A stretch of DNA of 64,000 bases from Acidocella sp. (GCA_965276685.1 OZ255623.1:1935642-1999641); one strand, 5' to 3'; positions 52,831 to 63,644 are shown, counted from the first letter of the stretch. The notes: generated by a model not told the origin, from the letters alone. A program made the numbers and translations.

Positions 52831-53026
52831 CCGCTGACATCAGCCGCGTTTCCGCTGGCGCCTTCGATCGTGCCTTGGTCATGCGCACGCCACTTCGAGG
52901 CGAAGCCGAAACAATCCATCTTTTTCCTTGCACACCCCCTACGCAAGTATTGTTATTTTCTCGCAACGAAACCCTGTGAATTACAGGCATAACTTTTTCA
53001 AACCTATCTTTATCAATGCCTTGGCC

Positions 53027-53035
53027 TGTGGATAA
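53027..53035 (-). promoter_or_regulatory. DnaA box (perfect TTATCCACA)
   Basis: TGTGGATAA on the + strand. Confidence 0.55.
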
Positions 53036-53043
53036 CAGGGGGG

Positions 53044-53059
53044 TGTTTCACGTGGAACA
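53044..53059. other. parS centromere-like site (ParB binding)
   Basis: TGTTTCACGTGGAACA, one mismatch from the palindromic consensus TGTTTCACGTGAAACA. Confidence 0.75.
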
Positions 53060-53148
53060 GTCCTCACTTTATGTTAAATATACAAACAAAATCTATCCCG
53101 CGCGCCGCCCTTTACATCCCGCCCGGCCCAAGGCAGGAGAGCCGGGAT

Positions 53149-53808
53149 ATGAAAGCAGGCATCCTCCTCCTCCCCGGCATCAACCGCGAGCGCGACATGG
53201 CCATCGCCGTCCGCCAGAGTTTCGGCCACGAGCCCCGGATCGTCTGGCACAAGGAGACCGACCTCACCGGCCTCGACCTCGTCATCATCCCCGGCGGCTT
53301 CTCATTCGGCGACTATCTGCGCTGCGGCGCCATGGCCGCCCAAAGCCCGGTGATCCAGGCGGTCAAAACCCACGCCGCCCGGGGCGGCTACGTGCTAGGT
53401 GTCTGCAACGGCTTCCAAATCCTCACCGAATCCGGCCTGCTTCCCGGCGCGCTGCTCCGTAATGCGTCCTTACGCTTCCTCTCGATGGACACGCTCTTGA
53501 AGGTCGAGCGCAACGACACGGTCTTCACCTCGAAATTTCAAAAAAACGAGACCTTCCGCGCCCCAATGGCGCATGGCGACGGCAACTACACCGCCGACCC
53601 CGCCACGCTGGACCGCCTGGAAGGCGAAAACCTCGTCGCCTTCCGCTACGCAGATGAAAACCGTAACGGCTCCGCCCGCGCCATCGCGGGCATCTTTTCG
53701 CCCAATCACCGCATCCTCGGCCTCATGCCGCACCCGGAGGATCTCGTCGATCCTTTGATGGGCGGCACCGATGGCAAACCTCTGTTCGACTCCCTGGCGG
53801 CCGCATGA
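53149..53808 (+). CDS. purQ: FGAM synthase glutaminase subunit PurQ
   Basis: [32 protein letters not shown]. Confidence 0.97.
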   Translation: MKAGILLLPGINRERDMAIAVRQSFGHEPRIVWHKETDLTGLDLVIIPGGFSFGDYLRCGAMAAQSPVIQAVKTHAARGGYVLGVCNGFQILTESGLLPGALLRNASLRFLSMDTLLKVERNDTVFTSKFQKNETFRAPMAHGDGNYTADPATLDRLEGENLVAFRYADENRNGSARAIAGIFSPNHRILGLMPHPEDLVDPLMGGTDGKPLFDSLAAA

Positions 53809-55973
53809 AACAAGTCGATGAAGCCCTGGCCAAATCCTTCGGCCTGAACACGGAGGAATACGCCAAGGTCCTCTCCATCATGGGCCGCACGCCAAGCTTC
53901 ACCGAGCTTGGCATTTTCTCGGTCATGTGGTCGGAGCATTGCTCCTACAAATCCTCCCGAATCTGGCTGAAAGAGCTGCCCACCAAAGCCCCCTGGGTCA
54001 TCCACGGCCCCGGCGAGAATGCGGGCGTCATCGACATCGGCGAGGGCCTGGCCGCGATCTTCAAAATGGAATCGCATAACCACCCGAGCTTCATCGAGCC
54101 CTACCAGGGCGCGGCCACTGGCGTCGGCGGCATTTTGCGGGACGTATTTACCATGGGTGCCCGTCCCATCGCCAATCTCAACGCGCTGCGCTTCGGCGAC
54201 CCCAAGCTGCCCGTGACCAAGCGCGTGGTCGATGGCGTGGTGCGCGGCATCGGCGGCTACGGCAACTGCGTCGGCGTTCCCACCGTGGGGGGCGAGGTGA
54301 ATTTTCACCCCGCCTATAACGGCAACCCGCTGGTCAACGCGATGACCGTCGGCATCGCGGCACAGGATAAAATCTTCCTCTCCGCCGCTGCCGGCATCGG
54401 CAATCCGGTGGTTTATGTCGGCTCCAAAACCGGGCGGGACGGCATTCACGGCGCAACCATGGCAAGCACCGAGTTCGACGCCAATTCGGCGGAAAAACGC
54501 CCTACTGTGCAGGTCGGCGACCCGTTCACCGAAAAGCTCCTCATCGAAGCCTGCCTGGAACTCATGCAGACCGACGCCATCGTCGCAATTCAGGATATGG
54601 GCGCGGCGGGCCTCACCTCCTCCTCAGTCGAAATGGCCGGCAAGGGCGGTGTCGGCATCGAACTGACCCTCGATAACGTTCCGCAGCGCGAAACCGGCAT
54701 GACGGCCTATGAGATGATGCTCTCGGAAAGCCAGGAGCGGATGCTTCTGGTATTAAAGCCCGAGCGTGCCGAAATGGCCCGCGCCATCATCGAGAAATGG
54801 GATCTGGACTACGCCATCATCGGCAAAATCACCGATACCGGGCGCATCGTCATCACCCATAACGGCCAGACAGAAGCAAACATTCCCCTGGCACCGTTGT
54901 CCGACGCAGCACCTTTATATCGCCGCCCTTACACCGAGGCCGCCAAGCCCGACCCCATCGGCCCAGTCACCTCTCCCATCGGGCTGGATAAAGCCCTGCT
55001 CAAGCTCATCGCCTGCCCCGACCTCTGCTCCCGCCGCTGGATCTTCGACCAGTACGATTCCACCGTCGGCGGACAGACGGTCAAGCGCCCGGCGCAGGCG
55101 GATGCCGCCATCGTCCGGCTGGAGGGCACGAACCGCGCACTGGCGATCACCACAGATTGCACTCCGCGCTATTGCGTGGCGGACCCTGAGCAAGGCGGCG
55201 CGCAGGCGGTTGCCGAAGCCTGGCGCAACATCACCGCCACCGGCGCGCTGCCCCTTGCCGTTACGGACAATATGAATTTCGGCAACCCGGAAAAACCCGA
55301 GATCATGGGGCAGTTCGTCGGCGCCATCAAAGGCATGGCGGCGGCCTGCATCGCGCTGGATTTCCCGGTCGTCTCCGGCAATGTCTCGCTGTATAACGAG
55401 ACCGAGGGGCGCGGCATCCTTCCCACCCCCGCCATCGGCGCGGTGGGCGTACTCGAGGACGCGGCCAAAGCCACCGGCATCGGCATCGGCATCGGCCAAA
55501 GCCTCATCCTCATTGGCGAGACAAGGGGCGAGCTGGGCCGCTCGCTCTGGTTGAGGGAAATTCTAGGCCAGGAGACCGGCGCGCCGCCGCATGTCAATCT
55601 CACCGCCGAGCGCCACAACGGCGATTTCGTGCGCGCGCAAATTCTCTCGGGCGGGGTTGCCGCCTGCCACGACGTCTCGGACGGCGGCATCCTCATCGCC
55701 GTCACGGAAATGGCGCTGGCAGGCGACACGGGCGCAGCGCTCACGCTGGATGGGGGGCACGCCTTCTGGTTCGGCGAGGACCAGGCCCGCTACATCCTTG
55801 CCGTGCATCATGGCGACAACTTGCTCGCCGCCGCCGCTGCTGCCGGTATCCCCGCGCGGTATATCGGCTCTGCCGGAGGTGAGAAGTGTTTGACACTGCC
55901 CGGCGGCATTGCCATATCGCTGCCACAGTTGCGCGATGCCCATGAGGGTTTCTTCCCCGCCTGGTTCGCCTGA
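53805..55973 (+). CDS. purL: FGAM synthase subunit PurL
   Basis: [47 protein letters not shown]. Confidence 0.98.
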   Translation: MKQVDEALAKSFGLNTEEYAKVLSIMGRTPSFTELGIFSVMWSEHCSYKSSRIWLKELPTKAPWVIHGPGENAGVIDIGEGLAAIFKMESHNHPSFIEPYQGAATGVGGILRDVFTMGARPIANLNALRFGDPKLPVTKRVVDGVVRGIGGYGNCVGVPTVGGEVNFHPAYNGNPLVNAMTVGIAAQDKIFLSAAAGIGNPVVYVGSKTGRDGIHGATMASTEFDANSAEKRPTVQVGDPFTEKLLIEACLELMQTDAIVAIQDMGAAGLTSSSVEMAGKGGVGIELTLDNVPQRETGMTAYEMMLSESQERMLLVLKPERAEMARAIIEKWDLDYAIIGKITDTGRIVITHNGQTEANIPLAPLSDAAPLYRRPYTEAAKPDPIGPVTSPIGLDKALLKLIACPDLCSRRWIFDQYDSTVGGQTVKRPAQADAAIVRLEGTNRALAITTDCTPRYCVADPEQGGAQAVAEAWRNITATGALPLAVTDNMNFGNPEKPEIMGQFVGAIKGMAAACIALDFPVVSGNVSLYNETEGRGILPTPAIGAVGVLEDAAKATGIGIGIGQSLILIGETRGELGRSLWLREILGQETGAPPHVNLTAERHNGDFVRAQILSGGVAACHDVSDGGILIAVTEMALAGDTGAALTLDGGHAFWFGEDQARYILAVHHGDNLLAAAAAAGIPARYIGSAGGEKCLTLPGGIAISLPQLRDAHEGFFPAWFA

Positions 55974-55986
55974 AGGACTTTTTGCA

Positions 55987-56220
55987 ATGGCTATGCCAGC
56001 CGGTGAAATCGAAGCTCTGATCAAATCCGCCTTTCCGGATGCGCAGGTCACGATCGAGGATTTAGCCGGGGATAACGACCATTTCGCCGCTACGGTCATC
56101 TCCGAGGCGTTTCGCGGCATCTCCCGGGTCCGCCAGCATCAGATGGTTTATAACGCACTTCAGGGCCGCATGGGCGGCGCACTTCACGCCTTGGCGCTGC
56201 AAACCGCAGCCCCCGAATAG
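55987..56220 (+). CDS. BolA family protein
   Basis: DLAGDNDHF, RVRQHQMVY.AL, LHAL. Confidence 0.92.
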   Translation: MAMPAGEIEALIKSAFPDAQVTIEDLAGDNDHFAATVISEAFRGISRVRQHQMVYNALQGRMGGALHALALQTAAPE

Positions 56221-56229
56221 GAAAATATC

Positions 56230-56571
56230 ATGGAAAACAATCCCGTTTTCGCCGAAATCCAGTCGCAGATCGACGCTTCGCCCGTGCTGCTCTTCATGAA
56301 AGGCACGCCGATGTTCCCCCAATGCGGCTTTTCCGCCCGCGTCGTCCAAATACTCAAGCACGCGGGCATCCCGTTCAAAACCGTGAACGTGCTGGAAGAC
56401 CCGGAAATCCGCGACGGCATTAAAGCTTTCTCCAACTGGCCAACCATTCCGCAGCTCTACGTTAAGGGCGAGTTCGTTGGCGGTTGCGATATCATCAGCG
56501 AGATGTATCAGGCCGGCGAACTGCAAACTCTGCTGGCGGATAAGGGCATCACACAGGACCACGCCGCGTAA
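56230..56571 (+). CDS. grxD: Monothiol glutaredoxin Grx4
   Basis: [24 protein letters not shown]. Confidence 0.96.
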   Translation: MENNPVFAEIQSQIDASPVLLFMKGTPMFPQCGFSARVVQILKHAGIPFKTVNVLEDPEIRDGIKAFSNWPTIPQLYVKGEFVGGCDIISEMYQAGELQTLLADKGITQDHAA

Positions 56572-56603
56572 TCGCCAAGCGCTACGTCTTCGTCACCGAT
56601 GAA

Positions 56604-57761
56604 TTGCCCCGGCCAGGCGTGGCCGGGCATTTGGCGCTCAACGCTGCCATCATCGAGTTTCTGCTCGGGCTTGGGGCCAGCGTCACGGTGCTGCTTGTAG
56701 GTTCACGCATTACTGCGCCCATTTTGCGTTACGGCCTCGCCTCAGTTGCCGGGCCAAACATAACCTCAATAAGCGGCATCATTTTCGCCAAAAGTCCCGC
56801 CGGAATAGCGCAAATAGCCGCCAAAGCAGCGATAAAGCGTCTCCCTCCCCGCCTCGCCACCCGCCTGCGCGCCACCCGCCATGGCGCGGATGCGGTGCTG
56901 GGCAGCTTCCCATCCCAGCCTGACCTCGACTGGTGCGCGCAACACATCGCCCGCGCCAAACCCGATGCGGTGCTGATCGACACGATATTCCGCGCCCCTT
57001 TGCTGGCCGATCCCAGAGTTGCCGGCGTCAACAGCGTCATCATCGCGCATGACGTGTTCTACCGCCGCCATGCGGCTTTGATGAGCGCAGGCTATTCGGT
57101 GAAGCCAGAAAAACTTACCCGAGAAGACGAGGCGGCAATGCTTTCGAAAGCCCGGCATATCGCCGCGATCCAGCCGGAGGAAGCCGCGCGCATCGCCAGC
57201 ATGTGCCCGGCTGCGAATGTGTTCACAGCCCCCATGCCCGCCACCCCCTGCCCGCTAACATCCCCCGCCATTCCCGGCAGGCTGGTGTTCGCGGGTAGCG
57301 CTACGCTACCGAATCTCGATGGGCTTCGCTGGTTCCTCGCCCATGTCTGGCCGCTGCTTGCACGCCGCGGCGTCACGCTGGACCTCGCGGGTGATTGCGG
57401 CGCGGCAATGGGCACACTTCCGCCGGGCGTCACAGCCCTTGGCCGCTTACAGCACCTTGCCCCGGTTTTACACCGCGCCATGCTTGCCATTGCACCGCTC
57501 CGGATAGGTTCGGGCTTGAAGATCAAACTGCTGGATTACGCGCGCCATGGGCTGTTCACCGTCGCTACCCCGCAAAGCCTGGATGGTTTTGCCTCAGACC
57601 CTGCCGCGCCCTATATCGCCGCTGAAACCCCCCAGGAATTTGCCAGCGCGATTCTGCGCCAACTCGAATCGCCCGGCGCGCCCAGCCAGGCACATGGCTA
57701 CGTCACCCGCCATTATGGAACCGAGATATGTTTCGCTGGACTGAAGCAGGCGATCGGATAA
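56604..57761 (+). CDS. Glycosyltransferase family 4-like protein
   Basis: NLDGLRWF, IAPLRIGSGLKIKLLDY; start codon uncertain. Confidence 0.75.
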   Translation: MPRPGVAGHLALNAAIIEFLLGLGASVTVLLVGSRITAPILRYGLASVAGPNITSISGIIFAKSPAGIAQIAAKAAIKRLPPRLATRLRATRHGADAVLGSFPSQPDLDWCAQHIARAKPDAVLIDTIFRAPLLADPRVAGVNSVIIAHDVFYRRHAALMSAGYSVKPEKLTREDEAAMLSKARHIAAIQPEEAARIASMCPAANVFTAPMPATPCPLTSPAIPGRLVFAGSATLPNLDGLRWFLAHVWPLLARRGVTLDLAGDCGAAMGTLPPGVTALGRLQHLAPVLHRAMLAIAPLRIGSGLKIKLLDYARHGLFTVATPQSLDGFASDPAAPYIAAETPQEFASAILRQLESPGAPSQAHGYVTRHYGTEICFAGLKQAIG

Positions 57762-57850
57762 CCCTATCGAAACCTCCCCCAAATCCTTGCCTAAATATAT
57801 AAAAATAAGTTTTCCCTCCCGTTAAGCATCTGGGCCGCAGTTTCGCGGCC

Positions 57851-58693
57851 ATGTTCGATCCACCTTCCCCACTTCGCGACGAAGGCTCCGTCCGAGAACT
57901 TCGCCAGCGCAATGCCCGGCGCGAAACCACAGAGCGCCGCCGCGTCACCCAGCATCTGCGTCATGCTCTGGCCGATGACGGGTTCGTGCTACAGTACCAG
58001 CCGTTGGTCTGCTTAAGCTCCGGCCTCATCCGCGGCGCGGAATCGCTCCTCCGGCTCAGGCATCACCGCCGTGGCCTTGTCTCCGCCAGCCATTTCATGC
58101 CCATCACCGAGCATTCCGATGTCATCACCGGCATCGGCGGCTGGATACTGCAAAACACCTGCCGGGACGCAGCCAGCTGGCCGGATTGCGTCTCGGTCGC
58201 CGCCTCTCTTTCCCTCCGGCATTTGCGGAGCGGGCAGCTTGTCCGCCAGTTGCTCGAAGCCGTCGGCGCCTCCGGCCTCGCGCCGCACCGGCTGGAATTG
58301 CAACTGACGGAAGCCATGCTGATCGACGACAACGAGGATGCGATCTTCAGCTTGCGAGCTTTGCATGGCATCGGTGTCCGGCTGGCGCTGAATAATTTCG
58401 GCCTGGGCTATGCGAGCCTTAGCGCGGTCAAGCGCCTGCCGCTCAGCACATTGCGGCTGGACCGCTCATTGATCCAGAGCCTCGGCGAAATGCCGGACAA
58501 TACCGGCATCATCCGCGCCGCGATCGAGGCCGGGCACGCGCTCGGCTGCACCGTGCTGGCAGATGGCGTGGAAAACGAGGTGCAGTTCCAGCAGCTCGGG
58601 CGGCTTGGCTGCGACGAAGGCCAGGGGCCGTATTTCGGCCCGGCGGTCTCAGCGGGCGAGATCAGCGCCATGCTCGGCGCGCCACACGAATAA
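57851..58693 (+). CDS. Stand-alone EAL-domain protein with degenerate catalytic motifs
   Basis: YQP, ESL, QLTE, NNFGLGYASL, RLDRSL, ADGVE, QG.YF. Confidence 0.85.
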   Translation: MFDPPSPLRDEGSVRELRQRNARRETTERRRVTQHLRHALADDGFVLQYQPLVCLSSGLIRGAESLLRLRHHRRGLVSASHFMPITEHSDVITGIGGWILQNTCRDAASWPDCVSVAASLSLRHLRSGQLVRQLLEAVGASGLAPHRLELQLTEAMLIDDNEDAIFSLRALHGIGVRLALNNFGLGYASLSAVKRLPLSTLRLDRSLIQSLGEMPDNTGIIRAAIEAGHALGCTVLADGVENEVQFQQLGRLGCDEGQGPYFGPAVSAGEISAMLGAPHE

Positions 58694-59856
58694 CAAGGCC
58701 ACCAGCAGCGCGCAGAGCACCGCGCCGCAAAGCCAGGCAAACCCGCCGCGCAGCAAATCCCGCCCAAAATCCCGCCCGCCGTGGCGCCCAGTGCGGTCGT
58801 GGCGTTAAGCAGGCCCACACTTTCCGCCCGGTGCGCAGGCGAGAGCGTGACTGCCAGCGTGTTGCTGGCGACCGAGAGCAACGGCCAGCCAAGCTGCATC
58901 AAGCCAAAGCAGACCATGATCGGCAGCACGGCAGCGCCGCTGTGCAGCGCGGCAAAGCCGGTCATCACCGCCACCAGCAGCGCGCGGATGCCCAGCCCCC
59001 AGCCCAGCACATGCCAGGGGCCGTAGCGCGAGTCCCATCCGCCGACCAGACGATACAGAAACAGGCCGCAGCCGACGCCGATGGCATAGGCGGCGGTGGG
59101 ATATGTCGCCGGCAGATGAAATTCCCGCACCATGGCGACCGCGAACATCACCGAGAGGCCGTTGGTCGCCATGTAGGAGACCAGCCAGGCGGCGGTGAAC
59201 GTGCTGAGCGCATTGTGGCGCAACGCCAATATCGCGCGCCAGCTCACTCCGTGGAGGGAGCGCTGCAAGCCCATCGGCACCGCATCGCCGCCCTTGGCCG
59301 GGCGTGGCGCCAGGCTCGGGCGCGCCACCTTCACGAACTCCCTGGGCGCGAAAGCCAGCCCCAGCGGCACGCCGAGCAGCAGCAACCCGCCGCTTAAGCG
59401 AAACGCGGCATCCACGTGCCGCAGCCCCAAAAATCCCGCCACCAGCAGCCCAACGAGTTGCCCGCCGCCGATGCAGGCTTGCAGCGCGCTGGTGCGATTG
59501 TCCCAGAATGCCTGCGGCTCAGCCTCGACGATGAACATCATGCCGACCGTGCTGGCGCTGGACACACCGAGCCCGATGAGTGCTGCGAGGAGCATATGCT
59601 GCGCGATGCTGCCCGGCAGGGTGTTCGCCAGCAACGCAATGCCCGCGAGAGCCAGCCCGCACACCAGCGTCAACCGGTGCATCTGGCGCCTGTCGCTCCA
59701 CGCGCCGATGAAAGGCGCTGCCATGCCTGTGGCGGCGAAGGCAGCGTAGGTCAGGCCCGACGCCGGACCCGGCTGTGCGGCCAGCGGCAAAATGACCGGC
59801 ACCATGCCGTTCTGCACCAGCCCAAGCAACATGTAGCAGAACATCCAGCGCGGCAT
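58649..59856 (-). pseudogene. MFS transporter with a frameshift near the C-terminus
   Basis: TM-rich frame from MPRWMF. At about 58760, inside GGCGGGATTTTG-GGCGGGATTTG, the final hydrophobic helix LLRGGFAWLCGAVLCALLVALLFVW continues in another frame. Confidence 0.65.
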
Positions 59857-59929
59857 CCCACCAGGATGTAACGCAACGGCGCGGGCGGACAAGCTTTCGC
59901 TCCGGCGCGGCTTTGGGCATAAGGCGCAC

Positions 59930-60190
59930 ATGAGTTCCGACCCCGCCGAAGACGCGATAATGTCCCTGCTCGCCACGCGCGGCGAAAAGTCGATCTGCCC
60001 GACCGAGGCGGCGCGGGTACTCGCCGGCAACCCGGCGGATAACAGCTGGCGCGCCAAGCTCTCACCGGTCCGGCTGGCGGCGCAGCGCCTCGCGAAAGCC
60101 GGGCGGATCGAGATTCTGCACAAGGGCAAGCCGGTTTCGCCCGAGAACGCGCGCGGCGTGCTGCGCCTGCGCTTAAGCCGGCCTGAATAA
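59930..60190 (+). CDS. DUF3253 domain protein
   Basis: I..LLA.RG.KSICPTEAAR, VR.AA..L...G.IEI..KGK.V, RLR. Confidence 0.82.
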   Translation: MSSDPAEDAIMSLLATRGEKSICPTEAARVLAGNPADNSWRAKLSPVRLAAQRLAKAGRIEILHKGKPVSPENARGVLRLRLSRPE

Positions 60191-60657
60191 TGCGCCTTTG
60201 GCCGTGGATTTTGAGCCTCGTATTTCCGCTTTGTGCGACGCAAGGAAGCCAAGGCGTCGCCGTACCGGGGGTGGTGAATTTCTCGCATCTTTCCCGCGCG
60301 CGGCTTTCCTCCGCGTTGATCGCGCCGCCGGGCTTGGCGCCCAATCCGGATTTCATCGCACCTGTGTTCAACGAGAGTGCGGAAAAGCTTTTCGCGGATA
60401 TGCAGGCGGTATCACTCACACAACCGCGCACCACGCCGCTCGGCATCCAGCCACTGCATCTGCAAATCTCTTTTGTTGTGCGCTCGGCGGCCGCGAATTT
60501 TCCGGATGTGATCGAACTCGCGGCGCTCCCCGTAGGAACTAACCAAAGCACCTATGTGTTTTATTCGCATTCGGTTTATGGCGGTTACGCCTGGGGCGTG
60601 AACTTGGACCGCGCGAAATACTGGGCCGCCGCCTTGCAGCAAAGGGTAGGAAAATAA
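60190..60657 (+). CDS. DUF1499 domain protein
   Basis: FVVRS...FPDVI, YSHSVYG...WGVN..R..W; translationally coupled on both sides. Confidence 0.72.
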   Translation: MRLWPWILSLVFPLCATQGSQGVAVPGVVNFSHLSRARLSSALIAPPGLAPNPDFIAPVFNESAEKLFADMQAVSLTQPRTTPLGIQPLHLQISFVVRSAAANFPDVIELAALPVGTNQSTYVFYSHSVYGGYAWGVNLDRAKYWAAALQQRVGK

Positions 60658-62447
60658 TGCGCGGAATTGCCAATTTCATCGCGGGCGCTCGGCAGGCCTG
60701 GGGGCTTTCCCGGCCTTATTTCTCGTCCGAGGAACGCTGGGGAGCGCGCGGGCTGCTGGCGGCGATCATCGCGCTCAACCTGCTGATGGTGTTCATCAAC
60801 CTCATCTTGAATTATTGGAACCGCGATTTTTTCAACTTTCTCCAGCAATACAACGAGAAAGCGCTTATCGCCCTCCTGTTCAGCTGGCAGCCGATGCCGG
60901 GAATGTTCGGCTTCATGCCGGGCTTCGTCGAGATCGTCACGGTCTATGTGTTTGTCGCAGTCTATTCCACCTATCTCACGCAGATGCTCTCCATCCGGTG
61001 GCGGCGCTGGATGACAACAAAATATGTCGATAACTGGCTCTCCGACCGCGCCTATTACAATGTTAGTTTACACAACACCCACGCGGTGGGGATGGACAAT
61101 CCGGATCAGCGTATCTCCGATGACCTCCGGTTTTTTACGCAGAACATGCTGAACATCGGCATCAGCTTCCTCAGCAATCTCGTCACCTTTTGCAGCTTCG
61201 TCGCCGTGCTGTTCGCCATCTCCGGCTCCATCAGGCTGTTCGGCGTCACCATCCCCGGCTACATGCTCTGGGTTGCCGTGCTCTACGCGATGTTCGGCAC
61301 GGGCCTTACGCATCTCATCGGGCGGCGGTTGATCCCGCTCTCGTTCTTGCAGCAAAAGCTGGAAGCGAATTTCCGTTATAATCTGGTGCGGGTGCGCGAC
61401 AATCCGGAGGCGATCGCGCTCTACGCTGGCGAGAATGACGAGAAACTGGGCTTGGGCGAGCGATTCGAGGCCGTGGTCACAAATTTCTGGGCGATCATGC
61501 GGCGCACCAAGGCGCTGAATTTTTTTACCGCCAGCTTCGGCCAGGTGGCGATCATCTTCCCGCTCGTCGTGGCGCTCCCACGGTTTCTCTCCCACGCCAT
61601 CGGGCTTGGCGGCCTCACGCAGATTCAGGACGCCTTCGCGCAGGTGCAAGGCTCGCTCTCCTGGTTCGTCAGCGTGTATTCGGATTCCGCGACAAACCAG
61701 GACCTCGTAAATTTGCGCGCGACCATCGTGCGTTTGCATGGCTTCAAGGAGGCTGTGGCGGCTGGGCGTGCCGCTTCCGGCGCCGGGCCGCAAGTGCAGG
61801 GACAAGGCAGCGCGCTCAACATCGAGAACCTCACGCTGAGCCTGCCCGATGGCCGAAAACTATTGCAGAACGCTAGCCTCTCGCTGCCGCCGGGCGAGCC
61901 GGTGGTCCTCACCGGCGCTTCCGGCTCGGGCAAATCGACATTGTTTCGCGCCATCGCCGGCATCTGGCCATTCGGCGAAGGTCATGTCTCACGCCCCACA
62001 GGCTCCGCGATGTTCCTGCCGCAGAAGCCGTATTTTCCGCTGGGCTCGCTCAGGCGGGCGATTACCTACCCCGGTGCGGAGACTGGCGCGTCGGAGCCGG
62101 AGATTACGGCAGCACTTGCCGATGTTGGGCTGGAGCATCTTACCCCCCGGCTGGATGAGACGGAGAACTGGAGCCAGATACTTTCGGGCGGCGAACAGCA
62201 GCGGCTCGCTCTCACCCGCGCGCTATTGGCCCGGCCGGACTGGCTGTTTCTGGACGAGGCGACCTCCGCGTTGGACGGCCCGATGGACCGGCAAATTCAA
62301 GCTGTGTTGAAGAACAGACTGCCCGGCACCACCGTTGTCGCGATCACACATCGGGAAGGCCTCGCCCCTGCACAGCGGCATATCACGCTGGCTGGCGGGG
62401 TATTGAGCACGAGCGAACTAGCCGAGACGGATGCCAATCTGGCGTGA
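60657..62447 (+). CDS. ABC transporter fused permease/ATPase (YddA/BacA-like)
   Basis: DNPDQRISDD, EANFRY.LVRVR, GASGSGKST, LSGGEQQR, LDEATSALD. Confidence 0.92.
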   Translation: MRGIANFIAGARQAWGLSRPYFSSEERWGARGLLAAIIALNLLMVFINLILNYWNRDFFNFLQQYNEKALIALLFSWQPMPGMFGFMPGFVEIVTVYVFVAVYSTYLTQMLSIRWRRWMTTKYVDNWLSDRAYYNVSLHNTHAVGMDNPDQRISDDLRFFTQNMLNIGISFLSNLVTFCSFVAVLFAISGSIRLFGVTIPGYMLWVAVLYAMFGTGLTHLIGRRLIPLSFLQQKLEANFRYNLVRVRDNPEAIALYAGENDEKLGLGERFEAVVTNFWAIMRRTKALNFFTASFGQVAIIFPLVVALPRFLSHAIGLGGLTQIQDAFAQVQGSLSWFVSVYSDSATNQDLVNLRATIVRLHGFKEAVAAGRAASGAGPQVQGQGSALNIENLTLSLPDGRKLLQNASLSLPPGEPVVLTGASGSGKSTLFRAIAGIWPFGEGHVSRPTGSAMFLPQKPYFPLGSLRRAITYPGAETGASEPEITAALADVGLEHLTPRLDETENWSQILSGGEQQRLALTRALLARPDWLFLDEATSALDGPMDRQIQAVLKNRLPGTTVVAITHREGLAPAQRHITLAGGVLSTSELAETDANLA

Positions 62448-63584
62448 GGCGATGCGGCTACGGATGGCGGCGAGGGCCGGGCCGCCGAGGCAGAGCGGCG
62501 CGCAGCTCTCCGCCTCCCGCCGCTGCTGCATGAGTACCGGGTGCGCGATGACGGCGCTCTCGGCATTGTCGAAAATGCTGCGATGGCCGGTGTCGAGGTA
62601 GCTCTCAGCGGGCGCGCCATCGGCGAAGATGACGCCGTGGGATTCAAGTTCGACATGATAGTAGATGACATGCAAAGCGGCGGTGTCCTGGCGGATGCTC
62701 GTCCAGTTCAGCAGCTCCTTGGCAGGCACGAGAACGCCATCAATGTACAGCGCATGGTCCGGCGAGATTACCAGGCGGCGATATGGCACGCCATCGGCCA
62801 GGGCATCGGCTTCGATGAATATCGGGCGAACGGTGCCGGGCTGGCGATGGCGGATAATATCGATTTTGCGCTGACCAATCCAGACGACCGGCGCTTCGTC
62901 CCCCGAATGGGTGATAAGGATATCGCCCGGTTGCAAATCTTCGACCGCGACCTCGCCGAGAGTGGTCAGGATGCGTGTACCTTTGGCAAAGCAGGGGTTG
63001 ATCGCGACATCCGTGGTGATCATCATGTCGATGATCTTGTTATCGCTGTTGGGGTTCTGGCGCTCGTTGAAAGCAAAATCCAATGTGGCGCCTGCCGCCG
63101 CCGCAGCGGTGCCGAACAGTGCCGCGCCGGTTTCCTGGATCACCAGATCCTGCGCGGCGTCGAGCGTGAAATTATCGCTGGTCGGAACAAAGACCGTGCC
63201 GCTTGGCTCGATGAAAATATGTCCGCCGCTCTGCCCGGCGGCGGTAATGTCGTTGACCAGGCCAATGTAATCCGGGTTTGCCGTGCCGCCGGGCATAAGC
63301 TCGGCAAAAAGATCCTTCACCGCCTGGATGGTGATCTGGTCGCCGCCGATCCCGTAGGACGGCGGCTGGAAGTTCGAGATGGTCCCGCCAATATAGGCGA
63401 AATAGCTGGTGGAGCTGGCGTGAGTGCCGGTATTGAAGGCGCTGCCAAGGGGCGCGTCGGTCAGGATCAGGACGCCGCTGTCGGTACCACCGTCGTTCGA
63501 GAAAGTAATATTCTGGCCGTTGGTAAAGGTTGAAAGCGTATAGCTGCTCGTGGTCCCGCTTGAGGTGATGGTGATGTCCGACAT
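62418..63584 (-). CDS. Hint_2 domain-containing protein
   Basis: CFAKGT.I.T..GEVAVEDL, SPDHAL, YYHVEL..H..IFADGAPAESYLDTG. Confidence 0.9.
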   Translation of the reverse strand: MSDITITSSGTTSSYTLSTFTNGQNITFSNDGGTDSGVLILTDAPLGSAFNTGTHASSTSYFAYIGGTISNFQPPSYGIGGDQITIQAVKDLFAELMPGGTANPDYIGLVNDITAAGQSGGHIFIEPSGTVFVPTSDNFTLDAAQDLVIQETGAALFGTAAAAAGATLDFAFNERQNPNSDNKIIDMMITTDVAINPCFAKGTRILTTLGEVAVEDLQPGDILITHSGDEAPVVWIGQRKIDIIRHRQPGTVRPIFIEADALADGVPYRRLVISPDHALYIDGVLVPAKELLNWTSIRQDTAALHVIYYHVELESHGVIFADGAPAESYLDTGHRSIFDNAESAVIAHPVLMQQRREAESCAPLCLGGPALAAIRSRIASRQIGIRLG

Positions 63585-63644
63585 TCAAATTCCCGCCATT
63601 TCGGTGCATTATCGGCGAAGCTGAGACGGCATACAATATGAAGT

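Noticed and set aside
58408-60288. 626-aa minus-strand ORF as a single protein
   Set aside because: The N-terminal part is antisense to DUF3253/DUF1499 and the C-terminal part arises from the frameshift; the real gene is the central MFS.
62541-63533. 330-aa plus-strand ORF
   Set aside because: Antisense shadow of the Hint protein gene.
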